From: Desulfatiglandales bacterium
GTDB taxonomy: Bacteria > Desulfobacterota > DSM-4660 > Desulfatiglandales > Desulfatiglandaceae
DNA length: 64,000 nt
Assembly (NCBI GenBank): GCA_963662465.1
Contig: OY759599.1
Coordinates: 7,072,001 to 7,136,000 of the forward strand
Direction: 5' to 3'
Shown: positions 10,911 through 21,865 of the stretch, one piece after another
How positions within the stretch are numbered: the stretch's first letter is position 1
Layout: every line of letters begins with the position of its first letter
Notes under the pieces: generated by a model
Databases searched by the model: none
What the model was told of the DNA's origin: nothing
The model's input: the letters and a program-made list of their open reading frames with translations, nothing else
Translations under genes and position numbers: made by a program

Positions 10911-11141
10911 ATGAGCTGGAAAAACCGAATTGTTGCCAATCCGGATGTCCTTGTTGGAAAGCCTGTTATAAAAGGTACCCGCTTAGCCGTAGAATTCATT
11001 ATAGATCTCTTGGCTCAAGGCTGGACTGAAAACGATATTATGGAAAATTATCCGGGTGTGATGCGTGAAGATATTGCGTCTTGCCTGAGTTATGCTGGAG
11101 AAGTGCTGAAAGCAGAAAAAGTCTTCGCAATGAGTGCGTGA
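10911..11141 (+). CDS. DUF433 antitoxin
   Basis: GKPVIKGTRLAVEFIIDLLAQG..YP. Confidence 0.9.
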   Translation: MSWKNRIVANPDVLVGKPVIKGTRLAVEFIIDLLAQGWTENDIMENYPGVMREDIASCLSYAGEVLKAEKVFAMSA

Positions 11142-11143
11142 GG

Positions 11144-11530
11144 ATGCGCATCCTTGCTGACGAAAATTTTCCTGGCATAGCCGTTGACGAATTAAGAAAG
11201 CGCGGTCACAATGTGGTCTGGGTGCGCACTGAAAAGCCCGGGATCGGGGATCGTGTCATCCTGGAGTGGGCACAGACTGAGGAGAGGCTCCTTGTCACAT
11301 TGGATAAAGACTTTGGCGAATTAGCCTTCGGTAGAGATCTTGCTGCACGGTGCGGCGTTGTGCTTTTCAGGATGAAGATTTCCAATGCAAGGACAGGTTC
11401 GATGAGGATTGTTGATATCTTGGAGAGTCGCTCTGACTGGCCTGCGCATTTTTCTGTTGTTGAGGACGACCGTATCCGTATGCGGCCGCTTTCACCGACC
11501 TATCGCACCCGACTCATACCAACCAGCTAA
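11144..11530 (+). CDS. DUF5615 PIN-like toxin
   Basis: MRILADENF, LVTLDKDFGEL. Confidence 0.9.
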   Translation: MRILADENFPGIAVDELRKRGHNVVWVRTEKPGIGDRVILEWAQTEERLLVTLDKDFGELAFGRDLAARCGVVLFRMKISNARTGSMRIVDILESRSDWPAHFSVVEDDRIRMRPLSPTYRTRLIPTS

Positions 11531-11849
11531 TTCCATAAGTTACAAGTTGATAACGTCCCCCATCCACATCTTCAGCTGTCTGAACGTCCAAAACAGACAA
11601 CTGTCGCTGAGAACAAGACAACTTACGGAAATAATTAAGCTCATGCCCTTTTCTGTTGTTGAGGACGACCGTATCCGTATGCGGCCGCTTTCACCGACCT
11701 ATCGCACCCGACTCATACCAACCAGCTAATTCCATAAGTTACAAGTTGATAACGTCCCCCATCCACATCTTCAGCTGTCTGAACGTCCAAAACAGACAAC
11801 TGTCGCTGAGAACAAGACAACTTACGGAAATAATTAAGCTCATGCCCTT
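11450..11849 (+). repeat. Tandem duplication with 199-bp period
   Basis: 11450-11648 is repeated at 11649-11847. Confidence 0.95.
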
Positions 11850-12035
11850 CATGGTAAAACCCGTATTCCGATCGTCCATCCCCCATGAGCCATCATCCCC
11901 ATCTCGAGTTACTGAATTACAAATGGACGTCCCCCATTGTGCACTAAACAAAAATCCTGTAAAATCCTGTTAATCCTGCCTGCCCCGTGAAACCCGTTTT
12001 TTTGTTTCATTGGGGTCTAAAAAACCGGAGAACCG

Positions 12036-13724
12036 TTGATGCAACAAAAACAACCCAATGCAACCATTAACAACGCCTCCTCTCCTCTCGGCGTGTCCAC
12101 CTCCCCCAGCGGAGAGGCGTTCCCCTTGCCGCAGACCGAGGACTATAACCAGGAATTCAAGAGACTCAAGAAACTGGTGAATGAACAACGGCTCAAGGGC
12201 CGGGAAATTGTCGTTGTCATGGGTGTGGGGTTTGTAGGCGCTGTTATGGCGGGTGTGGTTGCCGACTCGGTGAATCGGGAAACGGGGGAATCCAGGTATT
12301 TCGTTATCGGCATGCAGCGGCCTTCTCCCCGATCTTTCTGGAAAATTCCGTACCTCAACCGGGGCATTTCCCCCGTGGAGGCTGAAGATCCGGATGTGGC
12401 GCCCTTGATTCAACGGTGTGTACAGGACAAGCAGACCCTCACCGCCACCTTTACCTACGACGCCCTGTCGCTTGCGGATGTGGTGGTAGTGGATGTTCAG
12501 TGCGATTACCACAAGGAGAGCCTGGGGAATGTTCGTCAGGGACATGCCGACATAGAGGCGCTGGAAGAGAGTCTCAAGATTATCGGAGAGAAGATTGAAC
12601 CGCACTGTCTGGTCTTGATCGAAACGACCGTTCCTCCCGGCACCACGGAGTATGTGGCTTTCCCCACTATCAAAAAGGCCTTTGAGAAAAGGGGTCTAAG
12701 AGATGCGGAACCGCTCCTGGCCCATTCCTTTGAGCGGGTCATGCCGGGTCGGGAATACGTTGCCTCCATCCGCGACTTCTGGCGGGTCTGCTCCGGTATC
12801 AACCAAGAATCCAGGGAGCGGGTGGAACTGTTTTTGTCCAACATCCTGAATGTGGATAAGTTCCCCCTGACCGTGCTGGACCGGCCTATCGAAAGCGAGA
12901 CCTGCAAGATCGTAGAGAATTCTTACCGGGCCACCATTCTGGCATTCATGGACGAATGGAGCCGGTTTTCCGAGAAAAACGGGGTTGACCTCATCAAGGT
13001 CGTGAAGGCCATCAAGGTGCGACCCACGCACGCCAACATGATCTTCCCAGGCCCGGGTATTGGGGGATACTGCCTTCCGAAAGACGGCGGTCTTGGCGTC
13101 TGGGCCTATCATACGCTTATGGGGTTTGAAGATGATATCTTCAAGATCACCCCCATGGCCATCGACATCAACGATACCCGTGCCCTGCATGTGGCCCAGT
13201 TGGTGCGTGATGCGCTGCGGAATATGGGACGGATCGTGGCCGCCTCCAAAATTGCGGTATTGGGCGTCTCCTACCGGGAAGATGTGGGCGACACGCGTTA
13301 CAGCGGTTCAGAGATGGTCGTCCGGAAACTCACGGAGATGGGCGCGGATGTGGTGGTTCATGACCCGTATGTCAGCCACTGGTGGGAGCTGGAAAAGCAG
13401 GATACCTATCCCTCTCCCGGCCATTCGTGGTCCCGGTTTTTCAGGAATCAGGACAAACTGAGGGAAACCGCCGTCCAGGATGACCTGAATAAGACCCTGC
13501 CCGGAGCCGATGCCGTTATTTTGGCGGTGAGACATCAGGCTTATCTCAATCTGGACCCGGATGGGGTGGTGGAAATGATCGGGGGACCCGCAGCCGTGCT
13601 GGATTGCTTCGGGGTGTTGGACGATGCGGCCATCAAGCGGTATTTTGAGTTGGGTTGCGAGGTCAAGGGACTTGGTCGGGGGCATATTAAGCGGATTAAG
13701 GATGCGGTCAGAGCTTCTGCGTAG
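12036..13724 (+). CDS. Nucleotide-sugar dehydrogenase (UDP-glucose/GDP-mannose dehydrogenase family)
   Basis: GVGFVG Rossmann motif, ETTVPPGTT, ERVMPG, GIGGYCLPKD. Confidence 0.95.
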   Translation: MMQQKQPNATINNASSPLGVSTSPSGEAFPLPQTEDYNQEFKRLKKLVNEQRLKGREIVVVMGVGFVGAVMAGVVADSVNRETGESRYFVIGMQRPSPRSFWKIPYLNRGISPVEAEDPDVAPLIQRCVQDKQTLTATFTYDALSLADVVVVDVQCDYHKESLGNVRQGHADIEALEESLKIIGEKIEPHCLVLIETTVPPGTTEYVAFPTIKKAFEKRGLRDAEPLLAHSFERVMPGREYVASIRDFWRVCSGINQESRERVELFLSNILNVDKFPLTVLDRPIESETCKIVENSYRATILAFMDEWSRFSEKNGVDLIKVVKAIKVRPTHANMIFPGPGIGGYCLPKDGGLGVWAYHTLMGFEDDIFKITPMAIDINDTRALHVAQLVRDALRNMGRIVAASKIAVLGVSYREDVGDTRYSGSEMVVRKLTEMGADVVVHDPYVSHWWELEKQDTYPSPGHSWSRFFRNQDKLRETAVQDDLNKTLPGADAVILAVRHQAYLNLDPDGVVEMIGGPAAVLDCFGVLDDAAIKRYFELGCEVKGLGRGHIKRIKDAVRASA

Positions 13725-14158
13725 GGAACTATAAATGTAAGAGTTGGCAACTCAAAACCCAAAACCCAAAACTCAAAACCCAAAACCATCTTTGCTCTCT
13801 TCGTTACCTTCTGTAAAAAGCCCTTAAAAAAAATCCTGTAAAATCCTGTTAATCCTGTCTAAAAAAGAGTTATAGAATTATGAGCAATGTCCCCCATTCC
13901 CCTCTATCTCACAGAGGATGACCAAAAGAAAATTGCGGCTGCTATCGGGGATAGACCATAGCCTAATACCTATCGCCCATAGGGGGAGGAATATGAGGGA
14001 AACCAGTGGCATTATGAACTGGGAGAGAAAGGGGCTGCTTACAGTGCCAATTTTGCCCCCAAAAATGTACTTCTAAGCCCAGAAAACGCATATATTTTTG
14101 ACTTAAACATTGAATAATCAATAGGATAGTTTGGTCAGACCTCAGACTGCAGCATGAC

Positions 14159-15013
14159 ATGAGCGCAGAAAATAAAATTCAGTTATTTCAAAACCAAAGC
14201 GTAAGAACACATTGGGATGAAGAACAAGAAAAATGGTTTTTTTCTATTGTGGATGTTATTGCAATTTTAACGGAGCAAAAAGATTATCAAGGAGCAAGAA
14301 ATTACTGGAAAGTATTAAAACATAGACTTGTAAAAGAAGGAAACGAAACGGTTACAAATTGTAACCGTTTGAAAATGATTGCCAAAGATGGCAAAATGCG
14401 AATGACTGATGTAGCTGATACTCAACAGCTATTACGTCTTATCCAATCTGTTCCATCGCCGAAAGCAGAGCCTTTTAAAATCTGGTTGGCAAAAGTAGGT
14501 GCACAGCGGATAGACGAAATAGAGGATCCCGAACTATCTTTTGAACGTGCTATGGAAACCTACCTTGCAAAAGGATACTCCAGGGAGTGGATAAACCAAC
14601 GCCTGAAAAGTATTGAAGTTAGAAAAGAACTAACAGACGAATGGCAAGAAAGAGGAATGAAACAAGGCTTGGAATACGCCATTTTAACCAATGAACTCAC
14701 TCAAGCCTGGGCCGGAAAAAATGTAAAAGAATACAAGAAATACAAAGGGTTGAAAAAGGAAAACTTGCGAGATAATATGAGCAACCTTGAACTGGTTTTG
14801 AATATGCTTGCAGAAGCTTCTACAGCAGAAATATCGAAAGAAAAGATACCAAAAGGATTAGAAGAAAATAAGGATATTGCTCGTAAAGGTGGTAATGCTG
14901 CTAAAAAAGCAAGATTGGAGATTGAAAAACAAACAGGGAAACCAGTCGTAACAACTAAAAATGCAAACAACCTTTTAGACAAACCTAATCATGAAAATAT
15001 TGAAAATGAGTAA
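14159..15013 (+). CDS. Bro-N/antirepressor-like protein
   Basis: WFFSIVDVIAIL, RLIQSVPSPKAEPFKIWLA; low-GC cassette. Confidence 0.85.
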   Translation: MSAENKIQLFQNQSVRTHWDEEQEKWFFSIVDVIAILTEQKDYQGARNYWKVLKHRLVKEGNETVTNCNRLKMIAKDGKMRMTDVADTQQLLRLIQSVPSPKAEPFKIWLAKVGAQRIDEIEDPELSFERAMETYLAKGYSREWINQRLKSIEVRKELTDEWQERGMKQGLEYAILTNELTQAWAGKNVKEYKKYKGLKKENLRDNMSNLELVLNMLAEASTAEISKEKIPKGLEENKDIARKGGNAAKKARLEIEKQTGKPVVTTKNANNLLDKPNHENIENE

Positions 15014-15041
15014 ATCATTAGGCTTTTACACCTTCGTTTCC

Positions 15042-15618
15042 TTCGTTACCTTCTGTAAAAAGCCCTTAAAAAAAATCCTGTAAAATCCTGTAAATCCTGT
15101 CTAAAAAAAGGAAACCGCCGTTCAGGATGACCTGAATAAGCCCCTGTCCGGAGCCAATGCCGTTATTTTGGCGGTGCGACACCGTGCCTATCTTGATCTG
15201 GACCCGGATGGGGTGGTGAAAATGACCGGTGGTCCAGCGGCCGTGGTGGACTGCTTCGGTTTCTTGGACGATGCGGCCATCAAGCGGTATTTTGAGTTGG
15301 GTTGCGAGGTCAAGGGACTTGGGCGGGGGCATATTAAGCGGATTAAGGATGCGGTCAGAGCTTCTGCGTAGGGAACTATAAATGTAAGAGTTGGCAACTC
15401 AAAACCCAAAACCCAAAACCCAAAACTCAAAACCCAAAACCCAAAACCATCTTTGCTCTCTTCGTTACCTTCTGTAAAAAGCCCTTAAAAAAAATCCTGT
15501 AAAATCCTGTAAATCCTGTCTAAAAAAAGGTCCCGGTTTTTCAGGAACCAGGAGAAACTGAAGGAAACCGCCGTCCAGGATGACCTGAATAAGCCCCTGT
15601 TCGGAGCTGATGCCGTTT
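15042..15618 (+). repeat. Tandem copies of the dehydrogenase 3' end plus downstream linker
   Basis: 15110-15371 and 15529-15618 copy the gene end; 15372-15528 copies 13725-13866. Confidence 0.9.
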
Positions 15619-15925
15619 TACACTATCACGGTAATAGGAAAATCGAAAGAAACGCATGAATGCATGGGCGTCCCCCTGCCCACAGAAAACATCCTAACCC
15701 CTGCGGCTTTCCGCTTCGGGTGCCTTTGTAATCCGGCTTGTCGAAGATGCCGAAATGCGGTGTCCCGTGAAATTGACGAAGTCAAGAGCGGAGCTCATTA
15801 GGATAGCTTGCCCGATCCCAGCCCCCCAATGGATGCCCCCCTTATGATGTGTAAGCCCTAATGCTTGACAGCTTCCAAAACGATGTGTATACATGATGTA
15901 TATCCATTGCGCTGCAGGAGGTGCT

Positions 15926-16156
15926 ATGAATACAGCCAAAATCTTTAGGAGCGGAAATTCTCAGGCAGTACGCTTGCCAAAAGATTTCCAGTTTAATGTA
16001 TCTGAAGTCGAGATTTATCGCAGGGGGGATGAGGTGGTCCTGCGAAAGAAGCTTCAGAATCTATCCAGGGTTTTTGACCTGCTAACCGACATGTCCGATG
16101 ATTTCATGGAAGACGGTCGTAATCAGCCTCCCATGCAGGAGAGAGAACCGTTTTGA
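15926..16156 (+). CDS. vapB: VapB antitoxin (AbrB fold)
   Basis: MNTAKIFRSGNSQAVRLPKDF. Confidence 0.92.
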   Translation: MNTAKIFRSGNSQAVRLPKDFQFNVSEVEIYRRGDEVVLRKKLQNLSRVFDLLTDMSDDFMEDGRNQPPMQEREPF

Positions 16157-16557
16157 TATATATGTTGGACACGGACATTTGCATTTACACGATCAAACGC
16201 AAACCAAGCAGTGTTGTGAATCGACTTGAACAGCTTAAGCCTGGCGAACTTGCAATGTCTGCCATCACTTTTGCGGAGTTGGTGAATGGGGCAAAGAAAA
16301 GCAAGTATGTTGAAGCAAATATGGAGCGGCTCAATGCCTTGGGTGAATTGATCGACGTCCGACCGTTTGATAAACAGGCTGCCCTTTTTTACGGAAGTGT
16401 TCGCTCCAGCCTTGAGAAGAGAGGAGAAGTGATCGGCGGAAACGATCTCTTGATAGCGGCTCATGCACTAAGTCTCAACTGGACCCTGGTTACGAATAAC
16501 GAAAAGGAATTCAGACGGGTTGAAGGATTGAGAGTTGAAAATTGGGTCGATGCATAA
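16153..16557 (+). CDS. vapC: VapC PIN toxin
   Basis: YMLDTDICI, DLLIAAHALS, LVTNNEKEF. Confidence 0.92.
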   Translation: MIYMLDTDICIYTIKRKPSSVVNRLEQLKPGELAMSAITFAELVNGAKKSKYVEANMERLNALGELIDVRPFDKQAALFYGSVRSSLEKRGEVIGGNDLLIAAHALSLNWTLVTNNEKEFRRVEGLRVENWVDA

Positions 16558-17084
16558 TCGTGTTGATTTACAAAAGAAAATCCAGTGAGTTAAGTCCAGA
16601 ATCGTCTCTTGCTCCTTCGGTTTTGTGCGGTTTCTGTCATCTGTCAGCTGAACGCTGCGATCTGTTTTTCCGGCCCTTCGACCTCTGACTTCTGGTTCTT
16701 AAAGGCCTCTTTTTGACCCCCAAAAGGGGTGTTTAAGGTCCAGAAACCCCCTGTATTGTGGGGTAACATGCCGATATTAAGGGATTCAGCTTGGTCAGAT
16801 CCCCAATCCGACCCCTGCCTTCCCCGTGAAACCTCTTTTGTATTTGTTTCACCGGAGCTTCATCGGGCTGCTAAAAAAGAGCAGTGGAATAGTAGCAGCG
16901 TTCCCCACGTCCCCCGTTGAACTAAATACCTGCCTATGGGAGGCAAACGCTCCGGATTCCTTTTCTCCGTTTTCTTAAAGGCGCCTTTTTGGGGTCAAAA
17001 AGCGTGTTTTAAGGTTGATTTTTGGGTTTTTTTTAGGCTTAACCTATTGAATAAATGGGAATGTTCCTGGTCCGACCCCGACCC

Positions 17085-17470
17085 TATAAATGCAAGAGTT
17101 GGCAACTCAAAACCCAAAACCATCTTTGCTCTTTTCGTTATCTTCTGTAAAAAGCCCTTAAAAAAAATCCTGTAAAATCCTGTCTAAAAAAAGGTCCCTG
17201 TTTTTCAGGAACCAGGAGAAACTGAAGGAAACCGCCGTTCAGGATGACCTGAATAAGCCCCTGTCCGGAGCCGATGCCGTTATTTTGGCGGTGCGACACC
17301 GGGCCTATCTTGATCTGGACCCGGATGGGGTGGTGGAAATGATCGGTGGTCCGGCGACTGTGGTGGACTGCTTCGGGGTGTTGGACGATGCGGCCATCAA
17401 GCGGTATTTCGAGTTGGGTTGTGAGGTCAAGGGACTTGGGCGGGGGCATATTAAGCGGATTAAGGACCGG
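17085..17470 (+). repeat. Further copy of linker plus dehydrogenase 3' end
   Basis: 17192 onward copies 13429 onward and ends in a different C-terminal tail. Confidence 0.9.
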
Positions 17471-18411
17471 GTGCGGGCTTCAATAAAAGCTGAAGAACCA
17501 AAAACTCCAAAATAAGGCAGTAATTTATAAACTTACTGATTGAGAAAAACCATTTTCAGGTGTTGGGTGATTGTGTTGCGTGAAAACCCGCGTCTCCCGC
17601 GTGGCCCCGTGCTCAGGGACGAGCCAAGCAGGCTGGGGCTTGGGTACAGGACGAAAATCCTTTACACAAAATCGATTAATTGTTTATGATCATGATTTGC
17701 AGAGAATTACAGTGTTAATGTCCTCTTCGGCAAACGCGGTTTTTGGAGGAGCGCGTCGTGAACAATCCTGATATTCAGACCTCAATATTCTGACAGGATT
17801 AACAGGATTGACAGGATAAAAGAAAATGGATGTAAGTATCCATAAAATCATGTAAATCCTGTCAAAAAACCTGAAAAAAATGGTTCCTTACACTAAAATT
17901 GGACGTTCATTGGCTTTCAGCTTCTCGAAACATCAAATACTTATGTTTATAATGAGCGTATGACAGGCCATGATGGGCCACAAAACGTCCATTTTTCGTG
18001 TCTTAAAACGAATATGGAATGGGGGACGTGGGCAACTTTGTAAACTTATTAGACAGGATTTACGGGATTCTCAGGATAATTTCTTGGTTTGCATTTTCAA
18101 TTCCCGCCTGCCCGCAATGCTTCGCAACCTGCCCGCCAGTGCCAGGGGATGGCAGGCGGGCGCGAGGCGGACGGAGACGAAATTGAAAATACCAAATCGC
18201 TTCGCGAAAGGGGAAGGGACAGAGGACGGACGACGGAAGACAGGGGACAGGGGACAGAGGGCGGATGACAGAGGACAGAGCGCCGGGGGCATGATTTGTC
18301 ATGCCCTTTTCTTTCTTGACTTTTGAGAAGAAAGCGTTCTCATTTCATACAAAAGAAGGGGCTACATGATTCCGTCCAGATATCTCAACTATATTTTCAG
18401 GGGGATGAAAA

Positions 18412-18675
18412 ATGGAAATTGAAGAAATAAATGTCACAAAGGTGAAACAAAATCTATTTAAAATTCCAAAAGCCAGGCTCCCTGAGATTAACGATTTTAT
18501 AGAGTTCATATTGTCGAAAACTGAATCAAACGGATTAAAACAAGTAGAGAAACTCGAGGGCATATGGAAAGGTCTGGGTTTTGAACGGATCTCTGATCTG
18601 GATAACAGTATTCGTGGAATTCGTGATGAGTCAGAAAAAGCAATGCTGGACAGGATGGCAAAGTGCAATACTTAG
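18412..18675 (+). CDS. Putative antitoxin
   Basis: Small ORF overlapping a PIN gene; EINDFIEFI..KLEGIWKG. Confidence 0.7.
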   Translation: MEIEEINVTKVKQNLFKIPKARLPEINDFIEFILSKTESNGLKQVEKLEGIWKGLGFERISDLDNSIRGIRDESEKAMLDRMAKCNT

Positions 18676-19052
18676 CAGATACTGTCGCGATTATCAGGCA
18701 TTTTGCAAGTGTAGGCAGAATTGGAAAAGCAGCAAAGTCAATCCTTCGGGATGCCGATAATGGAAAAAACAAAATACTGATGTCAATTATTTCCATGGTT
18801 GAAATTCTTTATTTGTCAGAGCGCAACAGAATTCCATTGAATCTGGAAGAAGCGAGACGTAAACTCCTACGCTTGGACAACTATGAAATTGTCGATTTAG
18901 ATCTTGGTATTGTCGAAACGGCAAGAACTGTTCAAGGATTGGAACTTCACGACCGACTCATTGTTGCAACCGCCTTATCTTTGAATGTACCGATATTGAC
19001 CAGTGATCAAATCATCCGTGATTCCGGGCAAATTGATGTAATCTGGAGCTAA
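18663..19052 (+). CDS. PIN-domain toxin
   Basis: YLADTVAII, LHDRLIVATA, ILTSD. Confidence 0.88.
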   Translation: MQYLADTVAIIRHFASVGRIGKAAKSILRDADNGKNKILMSIISMVEILYLSERNRIPLNLEEARRKLLRLDNYEIVDLDLGIVETARTVQGLELHDRLIVATALSLNVPILTSDQIIRDSGQIDVIWS

Positions 19053-19399
19053 CGCCGCATAGCCGCACAAAATGCCTTTTGGCGCAAAGGCGCGAAGGTT
19101 TTGCTGTTTTTTTTGTGATAGACTTTCAGAAAATAAGCCACAGAATAATCCCTACTTATAAAGGTCTCTTTCCGTTGAGTATTTCAGAAACGGTCGATTT
19201 GGCGCCTAAAATTCCGACCAAGTCTTTCTGTTTCAAAGCATTTTGATCCATGAGGAATTTCAACAGGTCAACACCGCCGCGACGTTCCACTGGAAAGTTT
19301 TCCGACTCATAATATTCAATCAAAACCGATAGGGAACTGCGGAACGTCCTTTATATATTTACATTCTGCTGTTCGCCTTTTTACCGATAATGCCTCAAA

Positions 19400-19606
19400 T
19401 TGAACCTGACTCACTTGGGAGGAGCGAATACGGTGACGGGCTCTTGTCATCTTCTTCAGGTGAATGGGTTGAATATTCTGGTGGATTGCGGATTGGCGCA
19501 AGGGGCTGACTACGTTGCGCCCATGGATTCGTGGCCGGTCTCTCCGGGGGAGGTTGATTTTGTATTTTTGACCCACGCGCATATCGACCATATCGGGCGG
19601 GTGCCG
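19400..19606 (+). pseudogene. MBL-fold beta-CASP hydrolase, N-terminal fragment
   Basis: LGGANTVTGSCH, VDCG, LTHAHIDHIG. Confidence 0.9.
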
Positions 19607-19734
19607 GGTCCGCAGATTACGCAGATTGGCGCAGATTAGATACGGATGAAAGACCAAAGGACATATAGGATTATTGGGTGTGCGATGGAGGTGCAGTCCG
19701 CAGATTACGCAGATTACACGGATTGTTGAACAAC

Positions 19735-20115
19735 GTGAAGGACGAACGAACATATAAAATAATTGGTGCAGCCATGGAAGTGCATAAGGAGTTGGGGTGT
19801 GGTTTCCTTGAGGCGGTGTATCAGGAGGCGTTGAGGAGGGAGTTTGATCTGCAGGGGATTCCGAATGTGGCTCAGCCTTTGATTGGGATTTGCTACAAAG
19901 GGAAACCTCTGGATAAGAAATATCAGCCCGATTATGTTTGCTATGAAGAGATTGTAGTAGAGATTAAAGCCCTTGCTACTTTGACGAGCCTGGATGAGGC
20001 CCAGCTTATTAACTATCTGAAGGCCACAGGCCTTGCCGTCGGCCTTTTGATTAATTTTGGTGCGAAATCTCTCCAATACAAGAGACGTGTCTATAATCTG
20101 CGTGAATCTGCGTAA
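19735..20115 (+). CDS. GxxExxY protein
   Basis: GCGFLEAVYQEAL, VEIKA, QLINYLKATG..GLLINFG; a 17-codon fragment of a second allele precedes it at 19646-19695. Confidence 0.92.
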   Translation: MKDERTYKIIGAAMEVHKELGCGFLEAVYQEALRREFDLQGIPNVAQPLIGICYKGKPLDKKYQPDYVCYEEIVVEIKALATLTSLDEAQLINYLKATGLAVGLLINFGAKSLQYKRRVYNLRESA

Positions 20116-20126
20116 TCTGCGGACCC

Positions 20127-20486
20127 GGCATGTGCACGGGCGGCAGGATTGTGGACCATTTGCGGTCAGGCATCGAGGATGCGCGCAATGATGTCTTGTT
20201 TGTGGGATACCAGGCCAGGGGTACGCTTGGCAGGGACCTCATTCGGTATGGCCGGCGGCCCGGCGGATATGTGGTTATTGACGGGGAGCGGCATGAGATT
20301 CATGCCCGAATTCATGAGTTGACCGGCTATTCGGCCCATGCCGATCAGCTGGGGCTGGTTGCGTGGGTGGGGGGTATGGGGGAGATGCCCAGAGAGATAC
20401 GGTTTGTGCATGGGGAGGAAGGGGCCAGGAGGGCTTTGGAAGGTGTGCTGGGGGCCGGAGGTCGGAGGTCGGAGGTCGGGAGATAG
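20127..20486 (+). pseudogene. MBL-fold beta-CASP hydrolase, C-terminal fragment
   Basis: GMCTGGRI, FVGYQA.GTLGR, YSAHADQ, VHGE. Confidence 0.9.
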
Positions 20487-20554
20487 AGATGGAGAAAAAA
20501 GACAGGAGTGGGGGGGGCTGGGATCGGAAGGACGGGCTTTTCTCTCTGACAAGA

Positions 20555-20700
20555 GGGTCGCTCGCGATTTTTCCATGACTTGACGATGAACAGCCTGCTG
20601 TTCAGCCATGGCGATGATTCTTTCTGCCGAGCCCGGGGCGACCTTTTCATATTGAGCCGGCGATTCCGCCGGAGGCAATGGTCCCTGGTGATGATAAAAA
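20555..20700 (-). pseudogene. DUF2335-like fragment
   Basis: GPLPP...YEKVAPGSAERIIAMAEQQAVHR; truncated. Confidence 0.6.
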
Positions 20701-20781
20701 GTTTGCTAAGTTGCGGTAACGCTTGTTCGGTTGCTTTTGTGTGTATTAGCGGGGATATTTTTGTTTTTCGATCCGGGTGAT

Positions 20782-20991
20782 TTAGCCCTGAGAAGTTAAA
20801 CGTCGCTCGTGTTCGGCCATGGCTGCCTTCAAATCTGATGCGACGGCTTTCCAGTCTGAAGACATTGCTTCATGATCAGCTTGTTCAGGGGTAAGGGAAG
20901 TGTTGTATTCACTTAAGGTAGTTCCCAAATCCAATATACGCGCCATGCCTTCTATGAAGCTGGGATTTGCAAACAGAAAATATTTTTGCAT
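20782..20991 (-). CDS. Hypothetical protein
   Basis: GGAGG RBS; PSFIEGMARILDLG..SDWKAVASDL. Confidence 0.7.
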   Translation of the reverse strand: MQKYFLFANPSFIEGMARILDLGTTLSEYNTSLTPEQADHEAMSSDWKAVASDLKAAMAEHERRLTSQG

Positions 20992-21423
20992 AAAAAACCT
21001 CCTTTGCATGCAATATAACAACTCCATTTCTAAGAAATCAAGAAAAAACCGGGTGAAAGGCTGCGGGACATCCTATAAGAAAATAAGAAACTCTCGCGCA
21101 GAGACGCAGAGACGCAGAGAAGGGACAGATGTCAGAGGTCCGAGGTCAGATGTCAGAGTGTGGGGAATGGGGGACGTAGCTACTTTTGTAACTTTATTTT
21201 AGGTTTTCACGCACAGTGAAATAAAGGAAAGAACGTGAACAGGGAAAGTCCAGCGAAAGCAACTACCTTTGGGCACGCGGCCGTGAAGAATATCATTAAG
21301 GGAATACGCAATGGAAGAAGTCTGGAATCCACACGATTTAGAGTTCAGAAAACTCTTGAAGTCACAATTTGTTTGGTTCTATTATAGGGGAAATTTGAGT
21401 CACATCTTTTATGGAGGGGTAAG

Positions 21424-21651
21424 ATGGGAACCGAACAGATTACCATGCAGATCGATGATGAGGCTGCACGCGCCTTCAGGTCCGCATCTTCTATAGATCG
21501 GCGAAAACTGGAGGCCCTTGTCAGCATCCAGCTCCTTGAAGCAACGAGATCAAAGGATTCCTTGAAAGAGCTGATGAGCGGAATCAGTCGAAAGGCGAGG
21601 GAAAGGGGGCTTACACCGGAAATCTTGCAGGAAATACTCAATGCCCGGTAA
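21424..21651 (+). CDS. Putative antitoxin
   Basis: KARERGLTPEILQEIL; overlaps a PIN gene. Confidence 0.75.
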   Translation: MGTEQITMQIDDEAARAFRSASSIDRRKLEALVSIQLLEATRSKDSLKELMSGISRKARERGLTPEILQEILNAR

Positions 21652-21865
21652 GCCGCGGTATGTGTTTGACACGAATGTAATGGTCAGTGCCCTTCTGTTT
21701 GATCAATCAAAGCCGGCCCAGGCCTTTAACGCCGCCCTTGACCGAGGCAGCATTCTTCTTTCCCATTCTGTTCTGAAGGAACTAACGGAGGTCCTTGGGA
21801 GGGAAAAGCTGCGCCCATTTGGTTCCTGAAGAACGAGAGCAATTTATTATTGCTCTTCTCAAAGA
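21641..21865 (+). pseudogene. PIN_3-type toxin, frameshifted and truncated by a REP array
   Basis: YVFDTNVMVSALL. Confidence 0.8.

Noticed and set aside
14159..15013. Prophage, suggested by Bro-N, DUF2335 and excisionase-like genes
   Set aside because: No structural, terminase or integrase genes; these are isolated cargo.
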